In this document: piece by piece, positions 39,954 through 50,666 of the stretch
Layout of the letters: each line of letters opens with the position of its first letter
How positions within the stretch are numbered: position 1 is the stretch's first letter
Origin: Calditrichia bacterium
GTDB taxonomy: Bacteria; Calditrichota; Calditrichia; JAJRVZ01
DNA length: 64,000 bases
Assembly (NCBI GenBank): GCA_963796965.1
Contig: CAWCNS010000002.1
Span: forward strand, 192,001-256,000
Direction: 5' to 3'
Translations under genes and position numbers: made by a program
The notes under the pieces: generated by a model
Database searches by the model: none
Told to the model about the DNA's origin: nothing
What the model saw: only the letters and a program-made list of their open reading frames with translations

Positions 39954-40586
39954 TCAGAGTAAATTGAGATAACGGAGTCCATCTTTAAAATATATAAATG
40001 CAAAGATAAAAAGGGCTATACCCAATCCTCTGAGCAGATAAATATAATATTTATTCTTTAATATATGTCGTGACTTACCTAATATGATGGCTGTCGTTAT
40101 TTTTGATCCCACTAGAAAAAAGTACATACTAAATAAAAATCCAAACGCACACACCCAGTTTATCTGAAGGGCTTTTATAATAATTGGTGCTCCTACAGAG
40201 ACCCAAAAGATATAGGGGTTTGGATTAAAAACATTGGCAAGGATCCCCTTCCTGATAGATTGAGGTGCAATTTTCCCTTCATCCATCTCGACACCCTTAA
40301 ATGTAATGCTCTCATACCCAAGATAAACCACATAACCTGCCCCAATTAAACTAATTAATCCAATTATCAGATCTATATCAGATAACTCTGACAACAAAAA
40401 TATTGAAATGACTATGATTGGTGAATCCGTAATTAATGGGGCCAGAGAAACTTTTATACCCTCTCGTGTGCCATGTTTTAGCGTTTCCGTGAATACTAAT
40501 GTCATCAGGGGCCCAGGCGTTAAACCAGCCCCTAATCCGAACATTATGCCGGTTAAAAGATATGATATTTCGTCTGACATCGCCAT
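39954..40586 (-). CDS. LysE family translocator
   Basis: GLTPGPLMTLV..TLKHG..EG, GAGYVVYLGY and GILANVFNPNPYIFW. Confidence 0.88.
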   Translation of the reverse strand: MAMSDEISYLLTGIMFGLGAGLTPGPLMTLVFTETLKHGTREGIKVSLAPLITDSPIIVISIFLLSELSDIDLIIGLISLIGAGYVVYLGYESITFKGVEMDEGKIAPQSIRKGILANVFNPNPYIFWVSVGAPIIIKALQINWVCAFGFLFSMYFFLVGSKITTAIILGKSRHILKNKYYIYLLRGLGIALFIFAFIYFKDGLRYLNLL

Positions 40587-40792
40587 TTTTTGGTTTATTT
40601 ATTGTTTCAGAAAGGAGGTAAATTACTGGAAAAAGTTAAAAGACACAAAGCCCAGGTATCATTGAGAGGGATTATTTAGAAAAGAATGAGCGAAGAGTGT
40701 GAAGAATTGAGCATTGAGAGTTTCAGCCCTGTTGAATAATCAATATCCTACAGAGGAATATTCGAGTCTATGAAAATCAATGCCAAAGGTTG

Positions 40793-40865
40793 GTAAGGAC
40801 GAAGTACGTCACGTCCTAATATTCAAGTTGGAGAAATGTAGGGGCAGACCCGTGTGTATGCCTAC
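40793..40865 (+). repeat. GTAG-type REP copies
   Basis: 40838 gtaggggcagacccgtgtgtatgcc matches the 36556 copy at 24/25 nt; degenerate gtaaggacg...cgtcct at 40793. Confidence 0.7.
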
Positions 40866-40943
40866 TAATTGTAGAGCGCAATAATTTATAATAATTATCC
40901 GCGAAAATCAGCACAATCTTTGTAATCCATGTTCTATCATTAT

Positions 40944-41351
40944 CTATTGCAACACCTCATCTTTTTGTGGCTGAAACTGATCAAGGGGATTTATTAGTCG
41001 CTCCAATTTTACTCTGGCGGAGAATGAATTATATCCTTTGATTGTGCCAAAAGGTAAAAATTGGATTCCAATATTCTTTTGAACACTATTATTATCTGGT
41101 GCTATCCAGCGAACTTCTCCTATTACCTGTATTTTTTTGTGACCTGGTATTTCAATTTTAAAATGAATTTTATCGCCATAAACCAATTCTTTATCTGTTT
41201 GAAATCCAAGTCCACTTTTGTTTAGATCATTTAAAGTTAAAGGTTCGGAGTATTTTTTAAATATACCTAACGTTGAACTTTCCTCACAGAATACGTTACT
41301 TCCTGGGAATTGATGGCGTTGGCTATAACGTCGCTCTCGTATTTCAGTCAT
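40944..41351 (-). CDS. PilZ domain protein
   Basis: ERRYSQRH (RxxxR), DLNKSG (D/NxSxxG-like) and GEVRW..IGIQF. Confidence 0.82.
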   Translation of the reverse strand: MTEIRERRYSQRHQFPGSNVFCEESSTLGIFKKYSEPLTLNDLNKSGLGFQTDKELVYGDKIHFKIEIPGHKKIQVIGEVRWIAPDNNSVQKNIGIQFLPFGTIKGYNSFSARVKLERLINPLDQFQPQKDEVLQ

Positions 41352-41536
41352 GCACCCTTGGTCCTGTTTTATACTGATCCGGTCTTTTGGTATTTGTTTT
41401 TCGAAGTATTATAACTGAAGGTAAAATTTATGTTCTACTAAATATAAAATTCTGTCAACACGCGAAGATTAAATAATACCAATCTACACAATATTGTCTG
41501 TATATAATTATAGTATGAATATAGACAAATCTCTAT

Positions 41537-41932
41537 CTATTGCATCTGTTCTGGTTGCGGAGCTAACAGCGGATTTATCAATTTCTCTAGTTTTTCGCGG
41601 GAGTTAAAAGAATTATACTGCTTCATGGTACCAAATGGCAAAAATTGAACTCCTACAGATTGTTGCTGCTGTTGATTTCCAGCCACCCACACAACCTTGC
41701 CTTTTATCTTTATCTTCTGACGCCCCGGAATATCAATCTTCAACTGTACCAGATCTCCACGAGACACTGGCTGTGTAGTTTTAAAAGAAATTCCACTCTT
41801 CGTCAGATTCTCTAAGGTAAATGGCTCAGAAAACTGTTTAAACAATCCAAAAGTAGAATTTTCCTGACAATACACCTTTGCATCATCAAAATGATAACGC
41901 TCACTGAAACGTCGATCTCTTTCTTCAACCAT
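41537..41932 (-). CDS. PilZ domain protein (paralog of 40944-41351)
   Basis: DRRFSERY, NLTKSG and GKVVWV..VGVQFLPFGT. Confidence 0.82.
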   Translation of the reverse strand: MVEERDRRFSERYHFDDAKVYCQENSTFGLFKQFSEPFTLENLTKSGISFKTTQPVSRGDLVQLKIDIPGRQKIKIKGKVVWVAGNQQQQQSVGVQFLPFGTMKQYNSFNSREKLEKLINPLLAPQPEQMQ

Positions 41933-42355
41933 GATTATGCACCTCTGTTAAAAAAAAGCATTAATTCCCCTGGGATTATAGATTTTCGGTTGTTTTTCTT
42001 TGATATTGAGATTTTTTAATCTTTTTATCCAACATTTTTTTCATTTCAATGTATTAACAGAAAACAGAAATGAAGGAGAAATTTATGTGAATGCTCTCGA
42101 TATTTGTTGTAAATTAGGGGCTATTTTGACAGTGATCACAAATAACATATTAATTATGAGAAAAGTGACCACGAACACAGTGTAAATAAATTAAATCGGT
42201 AATTTGGGAACAATTGACGTGTTTTTTACGTTCGGGCATGTAACAAAAGAGGGAGGAAATAAAGATGAAACTCAAGATTAAGATAAAGATAAAATCAAAA
42301 TTCTATCACAAAGAGATTCTTTCAGATAAGAAAGAAGAACGAATACCTTTACGTC

Positions 42356-42384
42356 TGGCCAGCTGATTGCTGGCCAGTTTTTAT
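42356..42384 (+). terminator. Hairpin with U-tract on the + strand
   Basis: ctggccagc-tgatt-gctggccag followed by tttttat. Confidence 0.5.
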
Positions 42385-42411
42385 CAATAACGTTTTAAAC
42401 TGCTTACAATC

Positions 42412-44188
42412 TCAGCCTCCGGATCGGATACTTTTTTCTATTACCCCCCCTTTATTTGAATTGATTGAGATCTTATAGGGATAATTACCTGTAACAATCC
42501 AGCGTACATGAACCGTTCCCATTCCATCAATAGTATCAATCATTAGATTCTGAGGTTGGTATTTTTGCTCTTCGGCAATATCTAAATAAGGATTTTCAAC
42601 ATTCAATCCGGCAATAACTTTTAATCCTTTACCACTAATCGAGACTATGTCTGGCCTTGAAAATTTGTTTTTAATCTCATGATCTGATCTCGTTGGAAGA
42701 ACCCGGTCATTTCTTATTATAACATCAATCTGTTTCAATTCACCGGCTAATTTCTTGACATTAACTGAATCAACTGCCAACTGCGGCAAATGATAGGCAT
42801 GAAATAAGGTGAAGGCCATGTTTCGATGACACATGTCTTCTATCAGAAATGAAGGTGCCGTCCGGGTCCAGGCTTTTTTTGCGCCCCCGATTTCAATTTC
42901 ACCATATTGCGGATGTTTCACTTTTTTCCATTCAATAATACCTTCACCAAACAATAAGAGTTTATCAAAACGGTATACATCCTTTCTACTTCCAAAAAAT
43001 CCCTGGCTTTTACCCTCGGTTCTTCGAAAATAGTCAAAGGATGTCCAAAGTCTCATTTGTAAATGTAAAAATTCCTCGAGCACCGTAGAACCAGTCTAGC
43101 TCACCACCATATGCAGAGTATAGATCCTTATATACAACAAGATATTTATAGCCTGGTATAATCTCCTCACCGAGTTTCCCAAGAAAATCGTATTTCTCCA
43201 GATCCTGGTTTTGATATGTCACCTGATCATTTTCACCACCCGGGCCTCGTAATATCATACCAGCTGCATTATGATACGACTGTGCTCCCCCAATATTTGG
43301 ATGATCCATAACAAAATCGGTTACAGCTCTTGTCTCCGGTAAGGAAAACGGATACTGATCTGCACCATGCTGAACGTATGCAGGCTCCCAATTCCAACCC
43401 CAGTTCCGGTTCGGATCATAATAGCCAGGACCATCTTCATTCACCTCTCCATCACCATCGTTGTCGATTCCTTCCCAGCCTAACATTTCAAAACTGCCTT
43501 TTTCATCAATCGGCGCACGTACCATCGATCTGGGATCCTCTTTGTCTGGTTTCCAGCGACCATTGGGATTCTTTCTGCGCATCATAACAATATTCCCATC
43601 TCCATCAAGATCATCAAAACCATCCTCATCAAACATGCCATCACCATCATCATCTCTGGGTTTCATCCCGGATCTTGGTGAATGGGGTGTATTGGCCTCG
43701 TGAATATAATAATCCCGGGCATCAGGATTAATAGTTGGTACAATATAAAACGTCTTATTGTCGAGCAATTCTGCAATCCAGGGTACCCCTGCATTGTTTT
43801 CTGCCAGGTACCAGGCAGTATAGAGAGCAACTTCGGCCCCCTGGATTTCATTGGAATGAATATTACCATCGATATACATAGCCGGTTTACGATCGGCTTT
43901 GCCCTTTTTAAAATTAGAAACTGTCAATAAATATATGGCTCTACCTTCGAAAGACTTCCCGATTGAGCTGAATTGGACCAAATCGGGATAGGCCTCGGCC
44001 AGGCGATTGCAGATATCACCAATTTCTTTCCAATCGTAATAACGATTCCAGGCCACCTCAACCTTCGGATTATTAGGGGCCCCTAATGCTTTTAAAGAGC
44101 TGTTTGTCATCTCCCGACTACCCGTTTGTGCTGGCAGATCCTGTAATCCGACCAATGCCATAAAAAATATCAGTAATACGACTTTCAT
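42412..44188 (-). CDS. Secreted M14-family zinc carboxypeptidase with DxDGDG Ca-binding inserts (frameshift near 43052)
   Basis: Signal peptide; GNIHSNE, INPDAR, DPNRNW, PETRAV and QSYHN. Removing one base restores FTFTNELW (catalytic Glu). Confidence 0.9.
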
Positions 44189-44348
44189 CTTGTATCCTCT
44201 TTCGAAAAGTTGTTTAGTCAAAAATAGTCCACAAATAAATAATTCTTTTTAATAATAAAATTTGTGAAATTCGTTTGAATTCATGTCAGGCACAGCCTGC
44301 CTGCCCGGCTATGACGGGATCTGGAAAAAACGGATAATCCGTGGATAT

Positions 44349-46073
44349 CTATTTCTTTAAAGTAATTTTTTTAATTGTCTCTCCCGTCATAGGACTTCCG
44401 GCAGATATTTTGACAGTATCACCTGCTTGTCCCACGATGAGCCAATTAAATTCCTGGCTACCGCCACTTCCCGGTAAAATATCTATGAAATTCAGAACTT
44501 TTCCGCTGGCAAGGGTCTGATTTTTCTTTAAATCTAATGAAACCTTTACCTTCGGACACCATTTATTTGAGATACCGGCCTGTGGATTTGTGGCAAAATA
44601 TCCCTTGTTTCTGACAATCAAAGAAATGCGATAAACACTATCATCTAATTGTTTAATTTTTAGATCAGAAATCTCAATTCGAGGTAACCAGGAGCTCATC
44701 TTTGCCATGAACTTTTCAAAATTATGACTATTAATGGCTAGACTGTCTTTTGGTGGATTTAAATAAACCACTGGCTTGAAACCACCAACCTCGACTTTTT
44801 TATCAGGATAATCCGGATGTTTTATTTCTTTCCATTCGACAAATCCGGATTCCCGTCCGGATTTATTCCACCATTCCCATAAACGTTGTTCATACGTTTT
44901 TTTGCCATTTGGTGCATTTCCTGACTTCTTGTTTTTTTCGGAATTTGGAGAATCTGAATCCTTAGCATTCACCGAAGTATCCCTTGCGGATTTAACCAAA
45001 GGTGGCATCCATGCTAATGTACTAAAAGACCAACGTCCAAAGTGATAGTAAGCCCATTCACTAAAAGACCCGGAGCCTGATTCCACAACAGGGAGATCAA
45101 TAACACCAGAAATCTTTTTAAATTCATCAGAAATATATTTATAATAGGGGGCATCAGTCTTTTCCACCGCTTTATAGGGTTGCTGACCACGTCTTTTTTT
45201 ACTATCACCGGCTGGTTGTTTTGAAGGCTCCCACGGAGTTACCAGATTATCATTCGGTGAAAAGGAAAAGACAGCAACGATATTTGGGTGGGCAAAAGCA
45301 AAATCAGCCACAGCGCGGGTTTCAATTTCTGAGATTTGATGGAGACCGGAACCAATCTCAAAAAATTTATAGTTGTAAGTAAAATTCATATTAAAATTCA
45401 CACCACCGGGCTCATCTTCATTAAGTTTACCATCACCATCATTATCGAACCCTTCACGAACCAACTTGTATACACCTGGTTCGCCTTTATTGATATCAGC
45501 TTTACGCAATAATCCCGGATAATTCTCATCCTCAATCCATTCACCACCCCTATCAGTGATCCTCATCTTTGTAATCAGACCATCTTTATTTAAATCATCA
45601 TAGCCATCCTCATCAACTTTCCCATCGGCATCCAGATCCAGAGATCTATTGTTAAGGGATCTTGTATATGCCGGATTTAAAAAGAGTGCCTCTGTTGCGT
45701 CCGGATTGACACGCGGGAAAATATAAAATGTCGTAAGGTCAACCATCGATGTAACACTATCATTCTTACCATAGTTGGTGACACTCGATTTTATAAATTG
45801 CATAATTAGTTCTGTTCCAGCCAGATCGGTTCCATTTACATCTCCAACCAGAAGTATGGCTGGTTTTTTCTCCTGCTCTCCGGAACCCAATTTCAGCATT
45901 AGAACCTGTCTCCCACCTAAGGTTGTGCCATGACTTTCTAATTGGACAAGGGTAGGATGGGTTTTTGCAATTTCTTCAAGATTATCTTTAAGAGTTTCAA
46001 AATCTGGATAGGTGCCAGGCTGAGCGAAAAGGGAACCTGCAAGAACAATAAATGTAAATACTTTTAACTTCAT
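44349..46073 (-). CDS. Secreted M14-like paralog with degenerate zinc and catalytic residues
   Basis: Same layout (VNPDA, DxDxDG, ETRAV), but GDVNGTD, FNMNF, FSFSP and FSTLAW replace HxxE, NRN, the zinc His and the catalytic Glu. Confidence 0.82.
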   Translation of the reverse strand: MKLKVFTFIVLAGSLFAQPGTYPDFETLKDNLEEIAKTHPTLVQLESHGTTLGGRQVLMLKLGSGEQEKKPAILLVGDVNGTDLAGTELIMQFIKSSVTNYGKNDSVTSMVDLTTFYIFPRVNPDATEALFLNPAYTRSLNNRSLDLDADGKVDEDGYDDLNKDGLITKMRITDRGGEWIEDENYPGLLRKADINKGEPGVYKLVREGFDNDGDGKLNEDEPGGVNFNMNFTYNYKFFEIGSGLHQISEIETRAVADFAFAHPNIVAVFSFSPNDNLVTPWEPSKQPAGDSKKRRGQQPYKAVEKTDAPYYKYISDEFKKISGVIDLPVVESGSGSFSEWAYYHFGRWSFSTLAWMPPLVKSARDTSVNAKDSDSPNSEKNKKSGNAPNGKKTYEQRLWEWWNKSGRESGFVEWKEIKHPDYPDKKVEVGGFKPVVYLNPPKDSLAINSHNFEKFMAKMSSWLPRIEISDLKIKQLDDSVYRISLIVRNKGYFATNPQAGISNKWCPKVKVSLDLKKNQTLASGKVLNFIDILPGSGGSQEFNWLIVGQAGDTVKISAGSPMTGETIKKITLKK

Positions 46074-46177
46074 TAGATATTCCTCAATATTAATTCAGAG
46101 ATCGATATATTGTCATAATAACAAATTTCGGAAGTTGGTTACACCCGGATTAAGAGGTTCTTTAATGATAAAATATA

Positions 46178-46288
46178 ACCACGGACTTACAGGGAAGACA
46201 TATTATTTTGTTTATTATTAAATATCATTGTTTAATTTTATTTTAATATTTTGCTTGCAATCCGTGAGAATCTGTGTATTTCCGTGGT
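46178..46288. repeat. Periodic CACGGA inverted-repeat element (empty)
   Basis: accacggacttacaggga ... tccgtgagaatctgtgtatttccgtggt. Related arms at ~44230, ~51353 and 55247-55415. Confidence 0.65.
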
Positions 46289-46454
46289 AAAAGTTTATTT
46301 TTACACAACCTTTTAATCGTGTCGTTACAAAATTCTTAAATATAGATCCTTAAATCCGAATAAGGTACTTATGTATTCGTATAATAAATGGGATGAACAG
46401 ATATTCTAAAACGCACATGAGTCGAATATTCATCCGCAATTTTAATTTATTATT

Positions 46455-46964
46455 TTACCAAATATTTTTATGGACTCTGGCTTCGCGATACCTGTTCTCT
46501 TCCGGTTTTTCCTCAGCCGGATGGCCAATTGCAATAATCGATATTGGAATAATTGACTCTGGCAACTCCAATAGTTTACTTAATTTTGCCATCCGATCGT
46601 TTCGTGGATAAATTCCCAACCACACCGCTCCTAAATCTAAACCATGTGCGGCCAATAATATATTTTGCGTCGCTGCTGCACAATTCAAGGCCAGATATTC
46701 AGAACTTTTCTCAATATTAGTATCACCACAGACTGTAATTGCCAATGGGGCATGGTTGAGCATAGAGGCATAACGATGAAATCTGGAAATAGCCTTCAAA
46801 ATCTCACGATTATCAATAACAACAAAATGCCAGGGTTGTGCATTGTGAGCGGATGGGGCTTGCATGGCGGCTTGTAAAAGTTTTTCACAGAGCTGATCAG
46901 TTACAGTTTCATCTTTAAATTTTCTGATACTTCTTCGTGTCATTATTGATTTATAAACTTCCAT
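46455..46964 (-). CDS. Nitroreductase family protein
   Basis: TRRSIRKF, APSAHNAQPWHF and QNILLAAHGLDLGAVW. Confidence 0.92.
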   Translation of the reverse strand: MEVYKSIMTRRSIRKFKDETVTDQLCEKLLQAAMQAPSAHNAQPWHFVVIDNREILKAISRFHRYASMLNHAPLAITVCGDTNIEKSSEYLALNCAAATQNILLAAHGLDLGAVWLGIYPRNDRMAKLSKLLELPESIIPISIIAIGHPAEEKPEENRYREARVHKNIW

Positions 46965-47003
46965 GTCGGCTCCGTATATTTATAAAACAATTAAAAAGAG
47001 TGC

Positions 47004-48428
47004 TCATATGGCAGCTGCCCCATCAGATGTTATACATGGAATGATATAGTTTTCCGTATTTTCTATCCCTTTTGGCAGATAAAAGGTTTCTCTCATATTC
47101 GTTATGAGCTTTTCTTTATTTTTTTTATCACATAAGGTGAGAATCATACCACCAAAACCTGCACCCATCAATCGAGCGCCAGGGACGCCCAGAGCGCCCA
47201 GTCTATTTAATAGAGAATCTACTTCCGGAGTTGATACTTCATATTCCTGAGAAAGACTTTTATGAGATTCATTTAATAATTGACCCATCCCCGATATATC
47301 CATATTCTGAAGGCATTCAATCATTTTGTCCACCCTCTGACATTCAGAATATACATGATTAAAGCGTCCTTTTATTTTAAATCCATCGTGAGGTTCTGAT
47401 AATTCATCTCCTCTCAGAATATGTTGACACTTTTCTTCAACCTCCCTCTGAGTCGAATTAAGCAACTCTAATACTTCTCTTAATTCATAGGATCTTTTTA
47501 ATTGGTTTATAAAATCAGACACAAGGTTGTTCAAATCAATTTTACTCAGATGAAAGTAATCGGTCTTGATCTCTCCAATATACTGAACGGGTTGAAATTT
47601 TGGCTTTATTTGATTTTCGAGATATAGATTAAATAAATTTACTCCTAATTTGCACTCTAATACCCTGCGGTTGTATTCTCCTCTGGCAGACTGACTCTTT
47701 TTGGCTTCTACCAATGAATGAAATAGTATTAGATTTATATCAGTTGGAGCGGTAATTGTTTCTACCTTTATGGGATTAAATTCTATCTTTAAAAATGAAT
47801 CTTTCTTACCCAAAAGAGAAGCAGCTTGATCCATGCCACCACCGGCAGTCCCAACAAAATGTTCTGCATTGGCACAAATTTCTGCTAGTTTTAATTTGTC
47901 CAACTCAATTTGATTTACAATTACAAGAGAGAGAGCACCGGCAACAACCAAAGCAGATGAGCTGGAGATACCTGCGGCCAAGGGTAGCGTGCTTGATACA
48001 ATAGCCTCATATCCCTTTATCTCCGTTTTATGAGAATCAGATTGTCCTAAATAATCGAGGATTCCCTTAATCCCTGCTTTGACATAATTTCCCCAATTTC
48101 CTTTTGAATAGGGCAGGATTGGTTGATCAAGGGAAAATTGGATTTTTTCAAATTCCGGAGAAATATTTGATATACGAATTTCAGGTGAATATGCTCTTTT
48201 TAAACAAAACAGAATTTCTCTGTCAATGGCACAGGGCAGAACTGGTCCCATATTATAGTCTGTATGCTCACCGATAAGGTTCACTCTTCCCGGGGCTTTT
48301 ACAAACCAAATATCATCATCCGGTTGAAAGGATTTTTCAATGTAGTTTAAAAGAGAAGTATGTTTTTTTAATACGGAATGTTTAGAGAAAAATTCTTTGT
48401 CAATTTCCGCACACTTTCGATGTATCAT
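47004..48428 (-). CDS. galK: GHMP sugar kinase (galactokinase/GalNAc kinase, long eukaryote-like type)
   Basis: APGRVNLIGEHTDY, PLAAGISSSSA, GGMDQ, YNRRVLEC, HVYSE and GARLMGAGFGG. Confidence 0.85.
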   Translation of the reverse strand: MIHRKCAEIDKEFFSKHSVLKKHTSLLNYIEKSFQPDDDIWFVKAPGRVNLIGEHTDYNMGPVLPCAIDREILFCLKRAYSPEIRISNISPEFEKIQFSLDQPILPYSKGNWGNYVKAGIKGILDYLGQSDSHKTEIKGYEAIVSSTLPLAAGISSSSALVVAGALSLVIVNQIELDKLKLAEICANAEHFVGTAGGGMDQAASLLGKKDSFLKIEFNPIKVETITAPTDINLILFHSLVEAKKSQSARGEYNRRVLECKLGVNLFNLYLENQIKPKFQPVQYIGEIKTDYFHLSKIDLNNLVSDFINQLKRSYELREVLELLNSTQREVEEKCQHILRGDELSEPHDGFKIKGRFNHVYSECQRVDKMIECLQNMDISGMGQLLNESHKSLSQEYEVSTPEVDSLLNRLGALGVPGARLMGAGFGGMILTLCDKKNKEKLITNMRETFYLPKGIENTENYIIPCITSDGAAAI

Positions 48429-48484
48429 CCTATCCTTATAAAGTTATAATCTCATCAATTTATGATCGCAAAAGTTTATTCTGC

Positions 48485-49594
48485 TTAAATTCTTATAAAT
48501 ATTTTTCTTTTATACATCCAGAATGTGATGTACCATAAACAAAACCACACAACAAATCCTGTAATTATCTCAGCAGTTAAAATTCCCATCCATGTAAACA
48601 GTCCCATGGTAAATGGTTTGACAATGGTATGGATAAATTTAGCGCCACCTACATGAGCAAAAAGATAAATGAATAACGGATTCATACCAACAATGATCAT
48701 GGGTTTTGCCCAATTCTGATATTTTTTGATATCGATCAGCCAGTAGCAGAGCGCTAATACCAGTAGAGTCCAGCCACCACTATATATAACAAAAGAGGAT
48801 GTACTGATTCGTTTGATGATTGGTGTGACGTAGTCCAATGCATACCCACAGAGCACCCCTATAAGACCGGCAATAATCAAGACTTTTAACTTTTGCCGCG
48901 CAGGACGGTTCGTCATTAGGAATTGCCCTGTGATCACACCCCAGATGGTGTGTGCAGCCGTCGGGAAAGCATTAAAGTTAACCCAATGGCCTCCCGATAA
49001 TTCACCTGAAACCAACATGTCAAACCAGGCCCCAAAATTTTTGTCCGGTGTGAATGGCTGATCAAAACCAACCACTGGAAAACTACGGTAGATAAACTCC
49101 ACAGCAATCAAGATCAGGATTGAAATTATAAACTGTGTTTTCCAGGGCTGTCTCATCAGCAGAAAAGCAATAATATAAGTGACACTCAGCTGGGCAAGAA
49201 CATTTTGAAAGCGAAATGTAATATATCCCGGACCAATACAATACAACGCCCAACCTAAAATGAGCAAGATAATAGATCTTTTTATCGCGTGTTTTCGGAT
49301 ATCGGAATAGCTATCGCCACGTGCAGTTCGCTTACTTACTGAGAACGGTATTGCCACACCAACAATAAACATAAAAAAAGGCTGAATCAGGTCCCAAAAC
49401 CTAAAACCATGCCAGGGATGATGATCAAATTGTTCACCAATAAAATGAATAACGGTACCTTGAAGATTTGGATCGATCATGGTCTTAAATAGGATTGTCC
49501 CCTCTGCAATGAGCAGAAACATTGTAAAACCACGAAAAAAGTCCAGAGAGATCAATCTGTTTTCATCTTCCACGGCATTATTATTATTTACCAT
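48485..49594 (-). CDS. HGSNAT/NagX-like membrane acyltransferase (DUF5009-like)
   Basis: RLISLDFFRG, HHPWHG..WDLIQPFFMFIVG, NVLAQ, PIIKRISTSSF and GMNPL. Confidence 0.85.
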   Translation of the reverse strand: MVNNNNAVEDENRLISLDFFRGFTMFLLIAEGTILFKTMIDPNLQGTVIHFIGEQFDHHPWHGFRFWDLIQPFFMFIVGVAIPFSVSKRTARGDSYSDIRKHAIKRSIILLILGWALYCIGPGYITFRFQNVLAQLSVTYIIAFLLMRQPWKTQFIISILILIAVEFIYRSFPVVGFDQPFTPDKNFGAWFDMLVSGELSGGHWVNFNAFPTAAHTIWGVITGQFLMTNRPARQKLKVLIIAGLIGVLCGYALDYVTPIIKRISTSSFVIYSGGWTLLVLALCYWLIDIKKYQNWAKPMIIVGMNPLFIYLFAHVGGAKFIHTIVKPFTMGLFTWMGILTAEIITGFVVWFCLWYITFWMYKRKIFIRI

Positions 49595-49634
49595 ATATCT
49601 CCCTTAAATTCTACTAATGAAAAACTTTCATTTT

Positions 49635-50324
49635 CTATCTGTCTAACACACTTATAATTTCAGAAAGTGAATCGACAATTATATCTGCATTCTTCAACCT
49701 GCTCATGCTGAAATACTCATTTTTCAGGGCAATACAAAAAAGATTATTTGATTTTGCACTGAGAATCCCCGCTTCAGAATCTTCAATGGCCAGGCAATTC
49801 TCTTTCTTCTCACCAAGCATAGATAGTGCTGTACGATATAAATCAGGTGCGGGCTTTTTTTCCGCCACTTCATCCCCGCTGACAGAAATACTAAAAATAT
49901 CTTTAAAATTTAAAGGGTAATTTCCATTTTGAGTGAGATTTGCCAGAATTACATCTACCTGCTCTCTAACCGAGGAAGATGCTAATGCTACCCGAACACC
50001 TTTTTTCTGACAGAATTCAATCAATTCAATCAATCCTTCTAATGGCTCTAATTCCCTCTGGTTTATCAATTCAAGATAAATCCGGTCTCTGGCATTTACA
50101 CCCTCGCTAATCTCAAGAGGATTATTGGTAAGATACATATCATTAATGGTTTGAATGTTATGATCAATGGAGTATCCTACCAGGTTGTCTATAAATTTAT
50201 CAGTATAGGAAACATTTAACTGGTTTAAAAATATCCGGAAGGCCTCTACATGTATAGGTTCGCTATCAACGATTACCCCATCCATATCAAAGATTATTGC
50301 TTTCAAATTAACAGGTAAAGACAT
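49635..50324 (-). CDS. HAD-family phosphatase (beta-PGM-like)
   Basis: IFDMDGVIVDSE, ALASSS, KKPAPDLY and IEDSEAG. Confidence 0.9.
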   Translation of the reverse strand: MSLPVNLKAIIFDMDGVIVDSEPIHVEAFRIFLNQLNVSYTDKFIDNLVGYSIDHNIQTINDMYLTNNPLEISEGVNARDRIYLELINQRELEPLEGLIELIEFCQKKGVRVALASSSVREQVDVILANLTQNGNYPLNFKDIFSISVSGDEVAEKKPAPDLYRTALSMLGEKKENCLAIEDSEAGILSAKSNNLFCIALKNEYFSMSRLKNADIIVDSLSEIISVLDR

Positions 50325-50666
50325 TTTTATATCTTTCTAATAAATATATTTATATGAGAGACGGTTTCATGAGTCGTAAATTTTGGATTTGTGGTTCCCC
50401 CCTAAGTGAGGGCTTAAGACCTGTGTACATCTCTTCATTTTGGTATTACAATAATTTAAGACCGGATTAAATATATACCAATTGAAATTCTTGTTACTTA
50501 TAAGATAAATAGGCAGTCATACAACATGTGAGCCCTTTGTAGGGGCCACTTTTGTTTATGGCATTGATCACAACACCCTTTTATTTTGTTCATAAGTTAA
50601 ATAATGATTACTTTTTGCCATATTAAAGAGGGAAATCAATAAATCTTTAACAATACACTTAATTCC

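Noticed and set aside
41933..42411. c-di-GMP riboswitch upstream of the PilZ genes
   Set aside because: No recognisable GEMM consensus by eye. An Infernal/Rfam scan would settle it.
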